This document shows, piece by piece, positions 14,201-27,971 of a DNA stretch of 64,000 nt. Location of the stretch: the NCBI RefSeq assembly GCF_009914755.1, contig NC_060948.1, one strand, 5' to 3'. The stretch's first letter is position 1. Every line of letters starts with the position of its first letter. Made by a program: the position numbers and the translations under genes. The notes below the pieces were generated by a model. The model saw only the letters and a program-made list of their open reading frames with translations. It was not told the origin of the DNA and ran no database searches. The DNA comes from the human T2T-CHM13v2.0 reference genome, Homo sapiens.

Positions 14201-16859
14201 GGAATGGACTCAAAAGAAATGGACGAGGGACAAAACGGAATCGAACTGATTGGAATGGAACGGAAGGGAATGGAATGGAATGGTCTCCATTGGATGGGAG
14301 TAGAACGGATTGGAATGGAATGGAATGAAATGGAATGGAAAGGAATAGAATGGAATGGAATGGATTGGAAGGTAATGGAAAGATATCAAACGGATTGGAA
14401 AGGAATGGAATGGACCCTAATGGAATGGAATGGAATTCAAAAGAAACGAACGGAATGGACTGGAGTGAAATGGAGTCGAATGTAATTGAGTGGAGAGGAA
14501 TGGACTCGAAAGGAATGGACTCGAATAGAATGGACTGGAATGGATTGTACTCGAATGGAGTGGAAAGGAATAAAATGGATTCCACCAGATTGGAATGGAA
14601 CAGAATGTAATGGAATGGAATGGAATGCAATGGAATGGCTCGAATGCAATGGAAGAGAAAGGAAAGGAATTGAATGGTATTGAAAGTAATAGAATTAAAT
14701 GGAGTGAAAAGGAAAGATATCGAATGGAATGGATCGAAAAGAAATAGAATGGAATGGACAGGAATGGAATGGAATAGAATGGAATAGACTGGCGTGCAAT
14801 GCAAACGAATGGAATGGAAACGAATGGAATGGAATGGAAAGGAATGGAGTAGAATAAATACAATGGAATGGAATGGAATGGAGGCGAAAGGAAAAGAATG
14901 GATTGGAGTGTCACCGAATGGAAAGATATGGAATGGAAAGGAATGGATACGAATGGAATGGAATAGAAAGGAACGGAAAGGTAAAGAATGGAATGGAATC
15001 GGATAGAATGGAATGCAATGTAATGGAGTCGAATGGAAAATAATCGAGTAGAATGATATCGAACGGAATGGAATTTAATAGAATGGAATGGAATGGAATG
15101 GACTCGAATGGAATGTACTCAAATGGATTAGAATAGAATGGAGTGGAAATAAACGTAGTGAACTCGAATGGAATGGACACTAATAGAATGGAAGAGAAAG
15201 GAATGGTATTGAATGGAATTTATTCGAATAGAATGGAATTCAACGGAATGCAACAGTGTGGCATGGAATCAAATGGAATGGAATCGAATGGCATGGACCC
15301 GAGTGGAATGGACTCACATAGAAGAGCCTCGAATGTAATGGATTACAATGTATTAGATTCGAAAGGACTGAAATCGAATGGAATGTAATCAAATAGAACG
15401 GAACTGAATGCGTGGAATGGCATAGAAAGTAATGCAATGGAATGGAATAGACTGGAAAGGAATGGAATCGGATGGAATGTAATGAAATGTAATGGAAGGA
15501 ATGCCATGCAATGGAATGGAATGCAATGCAATGGGACGGTGTATAATGGAGTGCAATGGATTTCAGTGGAATGTAGTGAAAAGGAATGAAATAGAATGGG
15601 ATTCAATATAATGGAATGGCATCCAATGGCAAGGGATGGAGCGGACTCCAATGGAAACATGAAAGGAATATAATATAATGGAATGGCATTGAACGAAATG
15701 GAATGCAATGGAGTTAAAAGGTAAAATATCGAATGGAAAAGAATTGTATGGACTCGAATGGAATATAATGAAATGGAATGGACTCGAATGGAATGTAATA
15801 GAGTTGAATGGAATCGAAAGGAATTTAAAACAATGGAAAGGAAAGGAAGGGAATTGAAAGGAACGGAATAGAATGGAACGGAATCGGATGGAATGGAATT
15901 GAATGGAATGGAAACTAAAGGAATAGAATAGAAAGGAATGCCATTGAATGGAATGGAATGGAATAAGATGGAACAGAATGGAATGGAATAGAATTGAATG
16001 GAATGGCATCAAATGGATTGGAATGGAATGTAATGGAATGGAATGGAAAGGAATGGAATGGACTCGAATGGAATGTACTGAAATGGAATAGAATAGAATG
16101 GAATGGAAGTAAATATAATGGACTCGAGTGGAATGGATTGGAATAAATTGGAATTGAATGTATTGGATTCGAATGGAAAGGAATGGAATGGAATGGAATG
16201 GAATGGAATGGAATGGAATGGAATGGAATGAAATGGATTCGAATGGAATGGAACGAATTGGAATGTAATTGAATGGAGTCGAAAGCAGTAGAAAGAAAAG
16301 AAGTTTAATCAAATGATATCGAATGGAATTGAATGGAATGTACGCGAATGGAATGGACTGGAATGGAATGGAGTGACATGTAATGGAATCGAAAGGAATG
16401 GAATCGAATGAAATGGAATTGAATGGAATAGAAAGGAATAGAATGGAATGGAGTTTAATGGAAAGATATTAAAAGTAATGGAATGGAATTGAGTGGACAC
16501 AAATGGAATGGACTGGAATGGAAAGGACTCGAATGAAATGGAGCGCATTAGAATGGACTCGAATGGAATGGATTGGAGTGGAATGGTCTCGAATGGATTG
16601 GAAACGAATGTAATGGAAAGGAATAGAATGGAATGTAATCAACTGGAAAGAAATGTAATGGAATGGGTTCAACTGGAACAGAATTGAATGGAGTGGAATT
16701 GAATGGAATGGAATGCAATCGAATGGAATGCACACGAATGGAATAGAATGAAATGAAATGGCATAGAATGGAATGGAATGGAATGAAATGGAATGGAATT
16801 GAATGGAATGGAATGGAATGGAATGGAATGGAATGGTATGGAATGAAATGGATTGGAAT
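11295..16859 (+). repeat. HOR unit 3 (short type, 5565 bp)
   Basis: Landmark-to-landmark interval. Confidence 0.9.
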
Positions 16860-19800
16860 GGGATGTTCCCAAAAGTAATGGACTCAAATAAAAGGGACTC
16901 AAATAGAATGAATTGGAAAGAAACGGTCTCGAATGTAATTTATTCGAATAGAATGATATTGAATGGAATGCAATAATATGGAATGGTATCGAATAGAATG
17001 GAATAGAATGGAATGGAATGGAACGGTATGGAGTGCATTTGAACGGACTCCAATGCAATAAATTGCAATATAATTGATTCAAATGGAATGGAATCGAATA
17101 GAATGTAAACAAATGCAATGGAAGGCAATGCAATGGAAAGGAATCGAATGAAATGGAATAAATGGGATGGAATCGAATGGAAAGGACGCGAATGTAATGG
17201 ACTGTTAAGGAAAGGCCTCGAATCGAATTTATTCCGATAGAATGGAATCGAATGGAATGCAATACTATTGAATCGAATCAAATGGAATGGAATTGAATGG
17301 AATGGACAGGAATGGAATGAACTGGAAGTGAATGGACAAGAACGTAATATAGTGCAATGTAATTTATTCAAATGGAATGGAATGCAATCGAATGGAATGG
17401 ACTCGATTGGAATGGACTGGAGTGGAATGGACTGAAATGGAATGGAAACGAATGTAATGGAATGGAACGGAAAGCAAAGGAATCTACTGTAATAGAATCG
17501 AACGGAACAGAAAGGAATGGAATGGAATGGAGTGGAATGGACTCGAATGGAATGTATTCGAATGTAATGGACTGGAAAGGAATGGAATCCAATGGAATGG
17601 AATTGAATGGAATCAAAAGGAATAGAAAGGAATAGAGTGTAATTGAATGATATCGAATGGAAGGGAATGGGATGAAGTCGAATGGAATGCACTGGAATGG
17701 AATGGACACGATCAGAACGGACTGGAGAGGAATGTACACAAATGGAATGGAAACGAATGGAATGGAATGAAAAGGAATGGAATGAAATGGAATTGAAAGG
17801 AACGGAATGAAATGGAATGGAATGGATTGGAATAGAATGGATTCAAATAAAATAGAATCGATTGGAATGGTATTGAATGGAAGGGACTTGAATGGAATGG
17901 AAAGCAATGGAAGATATTCGAATTGAATGGCATCGAATGAAATGGAATGGAACGCAATGGAACGGACCCGAATGGAATGGAATGGACTCAAATGTAATGG
18001 ACTCGAATGGAATCGACTGAAATATAATAGACTCGAATGGAATGGCCTCGAGCGGAATTTATTTGAATAGAATGGAATCAAATGGAATGCAATAGTATTG
18101 AATGGAATAGAATGGAATGGAATCGAATGGAATGTAATCCAATGGAATGCAGCGGAATTCAATATAATGGAGTAGAATGGAATGCATTGGAAAGCAGCAG
18201 AGTGGAATCGAGTGGAATGGAATCGAGTGGAATGGAATCAAAGGGAACGAAATCGAATTGAATGGACTTGAATGGAATTGACTCGAAAGGAATTGACTCG
18301 AAAGGAATGGACTGGAAAAAAAAGGAATGAAATGGACAGGAATGGAATGGAATGGACTCGAATGGAATGGAGTCAAATGCAAACGCATCGAATGGAATGG
18401 ATTCAAATGGAATGCAATTGAATGGAATAGAAAGGAAGAGAATGGAATTGAGAGTAATGGAAAGATATGGATTGGAATGAAATGGAATGGAAAGGAATTG
18501 AATGGAAAGGAATGGACTCGAAAGAAATGGATTGGAATGGAATGGTCTCCAATGGAATGGACTGGAGTGGAATGGAATCGAATGGAATGAAAAGAATGGA
18601 ACGGAATGGAACGGAAAGGAATAGAAAGTTATGGAATCCGATGGGACAGAATGGAATGGAATGGACTTTCATGAAATGGAGTCGAATAGAGTGGCATCAA
18701 AAGGAATGGAATGGAATGGAGTGGACTCAAAAGGAATGGAGTCGAACCAAATTGAATCAAATGGATTGGTGTCGAACAGAACGGAATGGAATGGAATGAA
18801 CTCGACTGGAGTAGTGAGGAATGTAAAGGAATAGAATGGAATGTAATCAAATGGATTGCAAGCGAATGGAATCAAAAATAATAGAAAGGAATCGAGTGTA
18901 AAGGGTTGATATTGAATAAAATGGAATGGAATGGAATTTAATGGAATGGAGTCGAAGGAATGGACAGGAATGTAATGGACTCCAATGGAATGGAATGGAT
19001 GAAAATGGATTTGAACAGATTGGTATCGAACGGAATGGAATGCAGTGGAATGGAATGGACTCGAATGCAGAAGAGACAAATGGAATGGAAACGAATTCAA
19101 TGGAATTGAAAAGAATAGAATGGAATGGCGTGTAATGGTAAGATACTAAATGGAATGGAATTGAATGGAATGTAATGGAATGGAACCAAATGTAATGCAC
19201 TCAAATGGAATATACTCAAATAGAATGGAATCGAAAGGAAAGGTCTCCAATGGAATTTATTCAATACAATGGAATGAAAAGAAATGCAATAGAAAGAAAG
19301 GGAATCGAATGTAATGGAATCAAATAGTATGGACCAGAATGGAATGGACTGCCATAGAACGGACTGCAGTGTAATGGATTGAATTCTAATTCATTCAAAT
19401 GGAATGGAATTGAATGGAATGGAATCCAATGGAATGGATAGGATTGTACTGGAATGGAATAGCATGGAATGCAACGGAGTGGAATGGAGTTGAATGAAGT
19501 GGAATGGAATCGATTGGAATGGAATCAAATGGAATGGACGGGAATGGAATGGACTGGAAGAGAACAGACTCGAATATAATGGATTGCAATGTAATTGATT
19601 CAAATGGAATGGAATCGAATGGAATGTAATAAAATTGAAGGGATTGGAGTTCAATGCAATGGAATAGAATGGAATGCAAAGGAAAGGAAAGGCACGGAGT
19701 GAAATCGAGTGCAATGGAATCGAATGGAATGAAATCGAATGGAATGGACTCAAAAGAAATGGACGAGGGACAAAACGGAATCGAACTGATTGGAATGGAA

Positions 19801-22422
19801 CGGAAGGGAATGGAATGGAATGGTCTCCATTGGATGGGAGTAGAACGGATTGGAATGGAATGGAATGAAATGGAATGGAAAGGAATAGAATGGAATGGAA
19901 TGGAATGGAAGGTAATGGAAAGATATCAAACGGATTGGAAAGGAATGGAATGGACCCTAATGGAATGGAATGGAATTCAACAGAAACGAATGGAATGGAC
20001 TGGAGTGAAATGGAGTCGAATGTAATTGAGTGGAGAGGAATGGACTCGAAAGGAATGGACTCGAAAAGAATGGACTGGAATGGATTGTACTCGAATGGAG
20101 TGAAAGGAATAAAATGGATTCCACCAGATTGGAATGGAACAGAATGTAATGGAATGGAGTGGAATGCAATGGAATGGCTCGAATGCAATGGAAGAGAAAG
20201 GAAAGGAATTGAATGGTATTGAAAGTAATAGAATTAAATGGAGTGCAAAGGAAAGATATCGAATGGAATGGATCGAAAAGAAATAGAATGGAATGGACAG
20301 GAATGGAATGGAATAGAATGGAATAGACTGGCGTGCAATGCAAACGAATGGAATGGAAACGAATGGAATGGAATGGAAAGGAATGGAGTAGAATAAATAC
20401 AATGGAATGGAATGGAATGGAGGCGAAAGAAAAGAATGGATTGGAGTGTCACCGAATGGAAAGATATGGAATGGAAAGGAATGGATACGAATGGAATGGA
20501 ATAGAAAGGAACGGAAAGGTAAAGAATGGAATGGAATCGGATAGAATGGAATGCAATGTAATGGAGTCGAATGGAAAATAATCGAGTAGAATGATATCGA
20601 ACGGAATGGAATTTAATAGAATGGAATGGAATGGAATGGACTCGAATGGAATGTACTCAAATGGATTAGAATAGAATGGAGTGGAAATAAACGTAGTGAA
20701 CTCGAATGGAATGGACACTAATAGAATGGAAGAGAAAGGAATGGTATTGAATGGAATTTATTCGAATAGAATGGAATTCAACGGAATGCAACAGTGTGGC
20801 ATGGAATCAAATGGAATGGAATCGAATGGCATGGACCCGAGTGGAATGGACTCACATAGAAGAGCCTCGAATGTAATAGATTACAATGTATTAGATTCGA
20901 AAGGACTGAAATCGAATGGAATGTAATCAAGTAGAACGGAACTGAATGCGTGGAATGGCATAGAAAGTAATGCAAAGGAATGGAATAGACTGGAAAGGAA
21001 TGGAATCGGATGGAATGTAATGAAATGTAATGGAAGGAATGCCATGCAATGGAATGGAATGCAATGCAATGGGACGGTGTATAATGGAGTGCAATGGATT
21101 TCAGTGGAATGTAGTCAAAAGGAATGAAATAGAATGGAATTCAATATAATGGAATGGCATCCAATGGCAAAGGATGGAGCGGACTCCAATGGAAACATGA
21201 AAGGAATATAATATAATGGAATGGCATTGAACGAAATGGAATGCAATGGAGTTAAAAGGTAAAATATCGAATGGAAAAGAATTGTATGGACTCGAATGGA
21301 ATATAATGAAATGGAATGGACTCGAAAGGAATGTACTAGAGTTGAATGGAATCGAAAGGAATTTAAAACAATGGAAAGGAAAGGAAGGGAATTGAAAGGA
21401 ACGGAATAGAATGGAATGGAATCGGATGGAACGGAATTGAATGGAATGGAAACTAAAGGAATAGAATAGAAAGGAATGCCATTGAATGGAATGGAATGGA
21501 ATGGAATGGAATAAGATGGAACAGAATGGAATGGAATAGAATTGAATGGAATGGCATCGAATGGATTGGAATGGAATGTAATGGAATGGAATGGAAAGGA
21601 ATGGAATGGACTCGAATGGAATGTACAGAAATGGAATAGAATAGAATGGAATGGAAGTAAATATAATGGACTCGAGTGGAATGGATTGGAATAAATTGGA
21701 ATTGAATGTATTGGATTCGAATGGAAAGGAATGGAATGGAATGGAATGGAATGGAATGGAATGGAATGGAATGCAATGGAATGGAATGGATTCGAATGGA
21801 ATGGAACGAATTGGAATGTAATTGAATGGAGTCGAAAACAGTAGAAAGAAGAGAAGTTTAATCGAATGATATAGAATGGAATTGAATGGAATGTACGCGA
21901 ATGGAATGGATTGGAATGGAATGGAGTGACATGTAATGGAATCGAAAGGAATGGAATCGAATGAAATGGAATTGAATGGAATAGAGAGGAATAGAATGGA
22001 ATGGAGTTTAATGGAAAGATATTAAAAGTAATGGAATGGAATTGAGTGGACACAAATGGAATGGACTGGAATGGAAAGGACTCGAATGAAATGGACCGCA
22101 TTAGAATGGACTCGAATGGAATGGATTGGAGTGGAATGGTCTCTAATGGATTGGAAACGAATGGAATGGAAAGGAATAGAATGGAATGTAATCAACTGGA
22201 AAGAAATGTAATGGAATGCGTTCAACTGGAACAGAATTGAATGGAGTGGAATTGAATGGAATGGAATGCAATCGAATGGAATGCACACGAATGGAATAGA
22301 ATGAAATGAAATGGCATAGAATGGAATGGAATGGAATGGAATGGAATGGAATGGAATGGAATGGAATGGAATGGAATGGCATGGAATGGAATGGAAAGGT
22401 ATGGCATGAAATGGATTGGAAT
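16860..22422 (+). repeat. HOR unit 4 (short type, 5563 bp)
   Basis: Landmark-to-landmark interval. Confidence 0.9.
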
Positions 22423-25400
22423 GGGATGTTCCCAAAAGTAATGGACTCAAATAAAAGGGACTCAAATAGAATGAATTGGAAAGAAACGGTCTCGAATGTA
22501 ATTTATTCGAATAGAATGATATTGAATGGAATGCAATAACATGGAATGGTATCGAATAGAATGGAATAGAATGGAATGGAATGGAACGGTATGGAGTGCA
22601 TTTGAACGGACTCCAATGCAATAAATTGCAATATAATTGATTCAAATGGAATGGAATCGAATAGAATGTAAACAAATGGAATGGAAGGCAATGCAATGGA
22701 AAGGAATCGAATGAAATGGAATAAATGGGATGGAATCGAATGGAAAGGACGCGAATGTAATGGACTGTTAAGGAAAGGCCTCGAATCGAATTTATTCCGA
22801 TAGAATGGAATCGAATGGAATGCAATACTATTGAATCGAATCGAATGGAATGGAATTGAATGGAATGGACAGGAATGGAATGAACTGGAAGTGAATGGAC
22901 AAGAACGTAATATAGTGCAATGTAATTTATTCAAATGGAATGGAATGCAATCGAATGGAATGGACTCGATTGGAATGGACTGGAGTGGAATGAACTGAAA
23001 TGGAATGGAAACGAATGTAATGGAATGGAACGGAAAGCAAAGGAATCTACTGTAATAGAAACGAACGGAACAGAAAGGAATGGAATGGAATGGAGTGGAA
23101 TGGACTCGAATGGAATGTATTCGAATATAATGGACCGGAAAGGAATGGAATCCAATGGAATGGAATTGAATGGAATCAAAAGGAATAGAATGGAATAGAG
23201 TGTAATTGAATGATATCGAATGGAAGGGAATGGAATGAAGTCGAATGGAATGCACTGGAATGGAATGGACACGATCAGAACGGACTGGAGAGGAATGTAC
23301 ACTAATGGAATGGAAACGAATGGAATGGAATGAAAAGGAATGGAATGAAATGGAATTGAAAGGAACGGAATGAAATGGAATGGAATGGAATGGAATGGAT
23401 TGGAATAGAATGGATTCAAATAAAATAGAATCGATTGGAATGCTATTGAATGGAAGGGACTTGAATGGAATGGAAAGCAATGGAAGATATTCGAATTGAA
23501 TGGCATCGAATGAAATGGAATGGAACGCAATGGAACGGACCCGAATGGAATGGAATGGACTCAAATGTAATGGACTCGAATGGAATCGACTGAAATATAA
23601 TAGACTCGAATGGAATGGCCTCGAGCGGAATTTATTTGAATAGAATGGAATCAAATGGAATACAATAGTATTGAATGGAATAGAATGGTATGGAATCGAA
23701 TGGAATGTAATCCAATGGAATGGAACGGAATTCAATATAATGGAGTAGAATGGAATGCATTGGAAAGCAGCAGAGTGGAATCGAGTGGAATGGAATCGAG
23801 TGGAATGGAATCAAAAGGAACGAAATCGAATTGAATGGACTTGAATGGAATTGACTCGAAAGGAATTGACTCGAAAGGAATGGACTGGAACAAAAAGGAA
23901 TCAAATGGACAGGAATGGAATGGAATGGACTCGAATGGAATGGAGTCAAATGCAAACGCATCGAATGGAATGGATTCAAATGGAATGCAATTGAATGGAA
24001 TAGAAAGGAAGAGAATGGAATTGAGAGTAATGGAAAGATATCGATTGGAATGAAATGGAATGGAAAGGAATTGAATGGAAAGGAATGGACTCGAAAGAAA
24101 TGGATTGGAATGGAATGGTCTCCAATGGAATGGACTGGAGTGGAATGGAATCGAATGGAATGAAAAGAATGGAACGGAATGGAACGGAAAGGAATAGAAA
24201 GTTATGGAATCCGATGGGACAGAATGGAATGGAATGGACTTTCATGAAATGGAGTCGAATAGAGTGGCATCAAAAGGAATGGAATGGAATGGAGTGGACT
24301 CAAAAGGAATGGACTCAAAGGAATGGAGTCGAACCAAATTGAATCAAATGGATTGGAGTCGAACAGAACGGAATGGAATCGAATGAACTCGACTGGTGTA
24401 GAGAGGAATGTAAAGGAATAGAATGGAATGTAATCAAATGGATTGCAAGCGAATGGAATCAAAAATAATAGAAAGGAATGGAGTGTAAAGGGATGATATT
24501 GAATAAAATGGAATGGAATGGAATTTAATGGAATGGAGTCTCAGGAATGGACAGGAATGTAATGGACTCCAATGGAATGGAATGGATGAAAATGGATTTG
24601 AACAGATTGGTATCGAACGGAATGGAATGCAGTGGAATGGAATGGACTCGAATGGAGAAGAGACAAATGGAATTTAAACGAATTCAATGGAATTGAAAAG
24701 AATAGAATGGAATGGCGTGTAATGGTAAGATACTAAATGGAATGGAATTGAATGTAACGTAATGGAATGGAACCAAATGTAATGCACTCAAATGGAATAT
24801 ACTCAAATTGAATGGAATCGAAAGGAAAGGTCTCCAATGGAATTTATTCAATACAATGGAATCAAAAGAAATGCAATAGAAAGAAAAGGAATCGAATGTA
24901 ATGGAATCAAATAGTATGGACCAGAATGGAATGGACTGCCATAGAACGGACTGCAGTGTAATGGATTGAATTCTAATTCATTCAAATGGAATGGAATTGA
25001 ATGGAATGGAATCCAATGGAATGGATAGGATTGTACTGGAATGGAATAGCATGGAATGCAACGGAGTGGAATGGAGTTGAATGAAGTGGAATGGAATCGA
25101 TTGGAATGGAATCAAATGGAATGGACGGGAATGGAATGGACTGGAAGAGAACAGACTCGAATATAATGGATTGCAATGTAATTGATTCAAATGGAATGGA
25201 ATCGAATGGAATGTAATAAAATTGAAGGGATTGGAGTTCAATGCAATGGAATAGAATGGAATGCAAAGGAAAGAAAAGGCACGGAGTGAAATCGAGTGTA
25301 ATGGAATCGAATGGAATGAAATGGAATGGAATGGACTCAAAAGAAATGGACGAGGGACAAAATGGAATCGAACTGATTGGAATGGAACGGAAGGGAATGG

Positions 25401-27971
25401 AATGGAATGGTCTCCATTGGACGGGAGTAGAACGGATTGGAATGGAATGGAATGAAATGGAATGGAAAGGAATAGAATGGAATGGAATGGAATGGAAGGT
25501 AATGGAAAGATAACAAACGGATTGGAAAGGAATGGAATGGACCCTAATGGAATGGAATGGAATTCAACAGAAACGAATGGAATGGACTGGAGTGAAATGG
25601 AGTCGAATGTAATTGAGTGGAGAGGAATGGACTCGAAAGGAATGGACTCGAATAGAATGGACTGGAATGGATTGTACTCGAATGGAGTGGAAAGGAATAA
25701 AATGGATTCCATCAGATTGGAATGGAACAGAATGTAATGGAATGGAATGGAATGCAATGGAATGGCTCGAATGCAATGGAAGAGAAAGGAAAGGAATTGA
25801 ATGGTATTGAAAGTAATAGAATTAAATGGAGTGCAAAGGAAAGATATCGAATGGAATGGATCGAAAAGAAATAGAATGGAATGGACAGGAATGGAATGGA
25901 ATAGAATGGAATAGACGGGCGTGCAATGCAAACGAATGGAATGGAAACGAATGGAATGGAATGGAAAGGAATGGAGTAGAATAAATACTATGGAATGGAA
26001 TGGAATGGAGGCGAAAGGAATAGAATGGATTGGAGTGTCACCGAATGGAAAGATATGGAATGGAAAGGAATGGATATGAATGGAATGGAATAGAAAGGAA
26101 CGGAAAGGTAAAGAATGGAATGGAATCGGATAGAATGGAATGCAATGTAATGGAGTCGAATGGAAAATAATCGAGTAGAATGATATCGAACGGAATGGAA
26201 TTTAATAGAATGGAATGGAATGGAATGGACTCGAATGGAATGTACTCAAATGGATTAGAATTGAATGGAATGGAAATAAACGTAGTGAACTCGAATGGAA
26301 TGGACACTAATAGAATGGAAGAGAAAGGAATGGTATTGAATGGAATTTATTCGAATAGAATGGAATTCAACGGAATGCAACAGTGTGGCATGGAATCAAA
26401 TGGAATGGAATCGAATGGCATGGACCCGAGTGGAATGGACTCACATAGAAGAGCCTCGAATGTAATGGATTACAATGTATTAGATTTGAAAGGACTGAAA
26501 TCGAATGGAATGTAATCAAATAGAACGGAACTGAATGCGTGGAATGGCATAGAAAGTAATGCAATGGAATGGAATAGACTGGAAAGGAATGGAATCGGAT
26601 GGAATGTAATGAAATGTAATTGAAGGAATGCCATGGAATGGAATGGAATGCAATGCAATGGGACGGTGCATAATGGAGTGCAATGGATTTCAGTGGAATG
26701 TAGTCAAAAGGAATGAAATAGAATGGAATTCAATATAATGGAATGGCATCCAATGGCAAGGGATGGAGCGGACTCCAATGGAAACATGAAAGGAATATAA
26801 TATAATGGAATGGCATTGAACGAAATGGAATGCAATGGAGTTAAAAGGTAAAATATCGAATGGAAAAGAATTGTATGGACTCGAATGGAATATAATGAAA
26901 TGGAATGGACTCGAATGGAATGTACTAGAGTTGAATGGAATCGAATGGAATTTAAAACAATGGAAAGGAAAGGAAGGGAATTGAAAGGAACGGAATAGAA
27001 TGGAATGGAATCGGAAGGAACGGAATTGAATGGAATGGAAACTAAAGGAATAGAATAGAAAGGAATGCCATTGAATGGAATGGAATGGAATGGAATACGA
27101 TGGAACAGAATGGAATGGAATAGAATTGAATGGAATGGCATCAAATGGATTGGAATGGAATGTAATGGAATGGAATGGAAAGGAATGGAATGGACTCGAA
27201 TGGAATGTACTGAAATGGAATAGAATAGAATGGAATGGAAGTAAATATAATGGTCTCGAGTGGAATGGATTGGAATAAATTGGAATTGAATGTATTGGAT
27301 TCGATTGGAAAGGAATGGAATGGAATGGAATGGAATGGATTCGAATGGAATGGAACGAATTGGAATGTAATTGAATGGAGTCGAAAACAGTAGAAAGAAA
27401 AGAAGTTTAATCGAATGATATAGAATGGAATTGAATGGAATGTACGCGAATGGAATGGACTGGAATGGAATGGAGTGACATGTAATGGAATCGAAAGGAA
27501 TGGAATCGAATGAAATGGAATTGAATGGAATAGAAAGGAATAGAATGGAATGGAGTTTAATGGAAAGATATTAAAAGTAATGGAATGGAATTGAGTGGAC
27601 ACAAATGGAATGGACTGGAATGGAAAGGACTCGAATGAAATGGAGCACATTAGAATGGACTCGAATGGAATGGATTGGAGTGGAATGGTCTCGAATGGAT
27701 TGGAAACGAATGTCATGGAAAGGAATAGAATGGAATGTAATCAAATGGAAAGAAATGTAATGGAATGGGTTCAACTGGAACAGAATTGAATGGAGTGGAA
27801 TTGAATGGAATGGAATGCAATCGAATGGAATGCACACGAATGGAATAGAATGAAATGAAATGGCATAGAATGGAATGGAATGGAATGGAATGGAATGGAA
27901 TGGAATGGAATGGAATGGAATGGAATGGCATGGAATGGAATGGAATGGTATGGAATGAAATGGATTGGAAT
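22423..27971 (+). repeat. HOR unit 5 (short type, 5549 bp)
   Basis: Landmark-to-landmark interval. Confidence 0.9.
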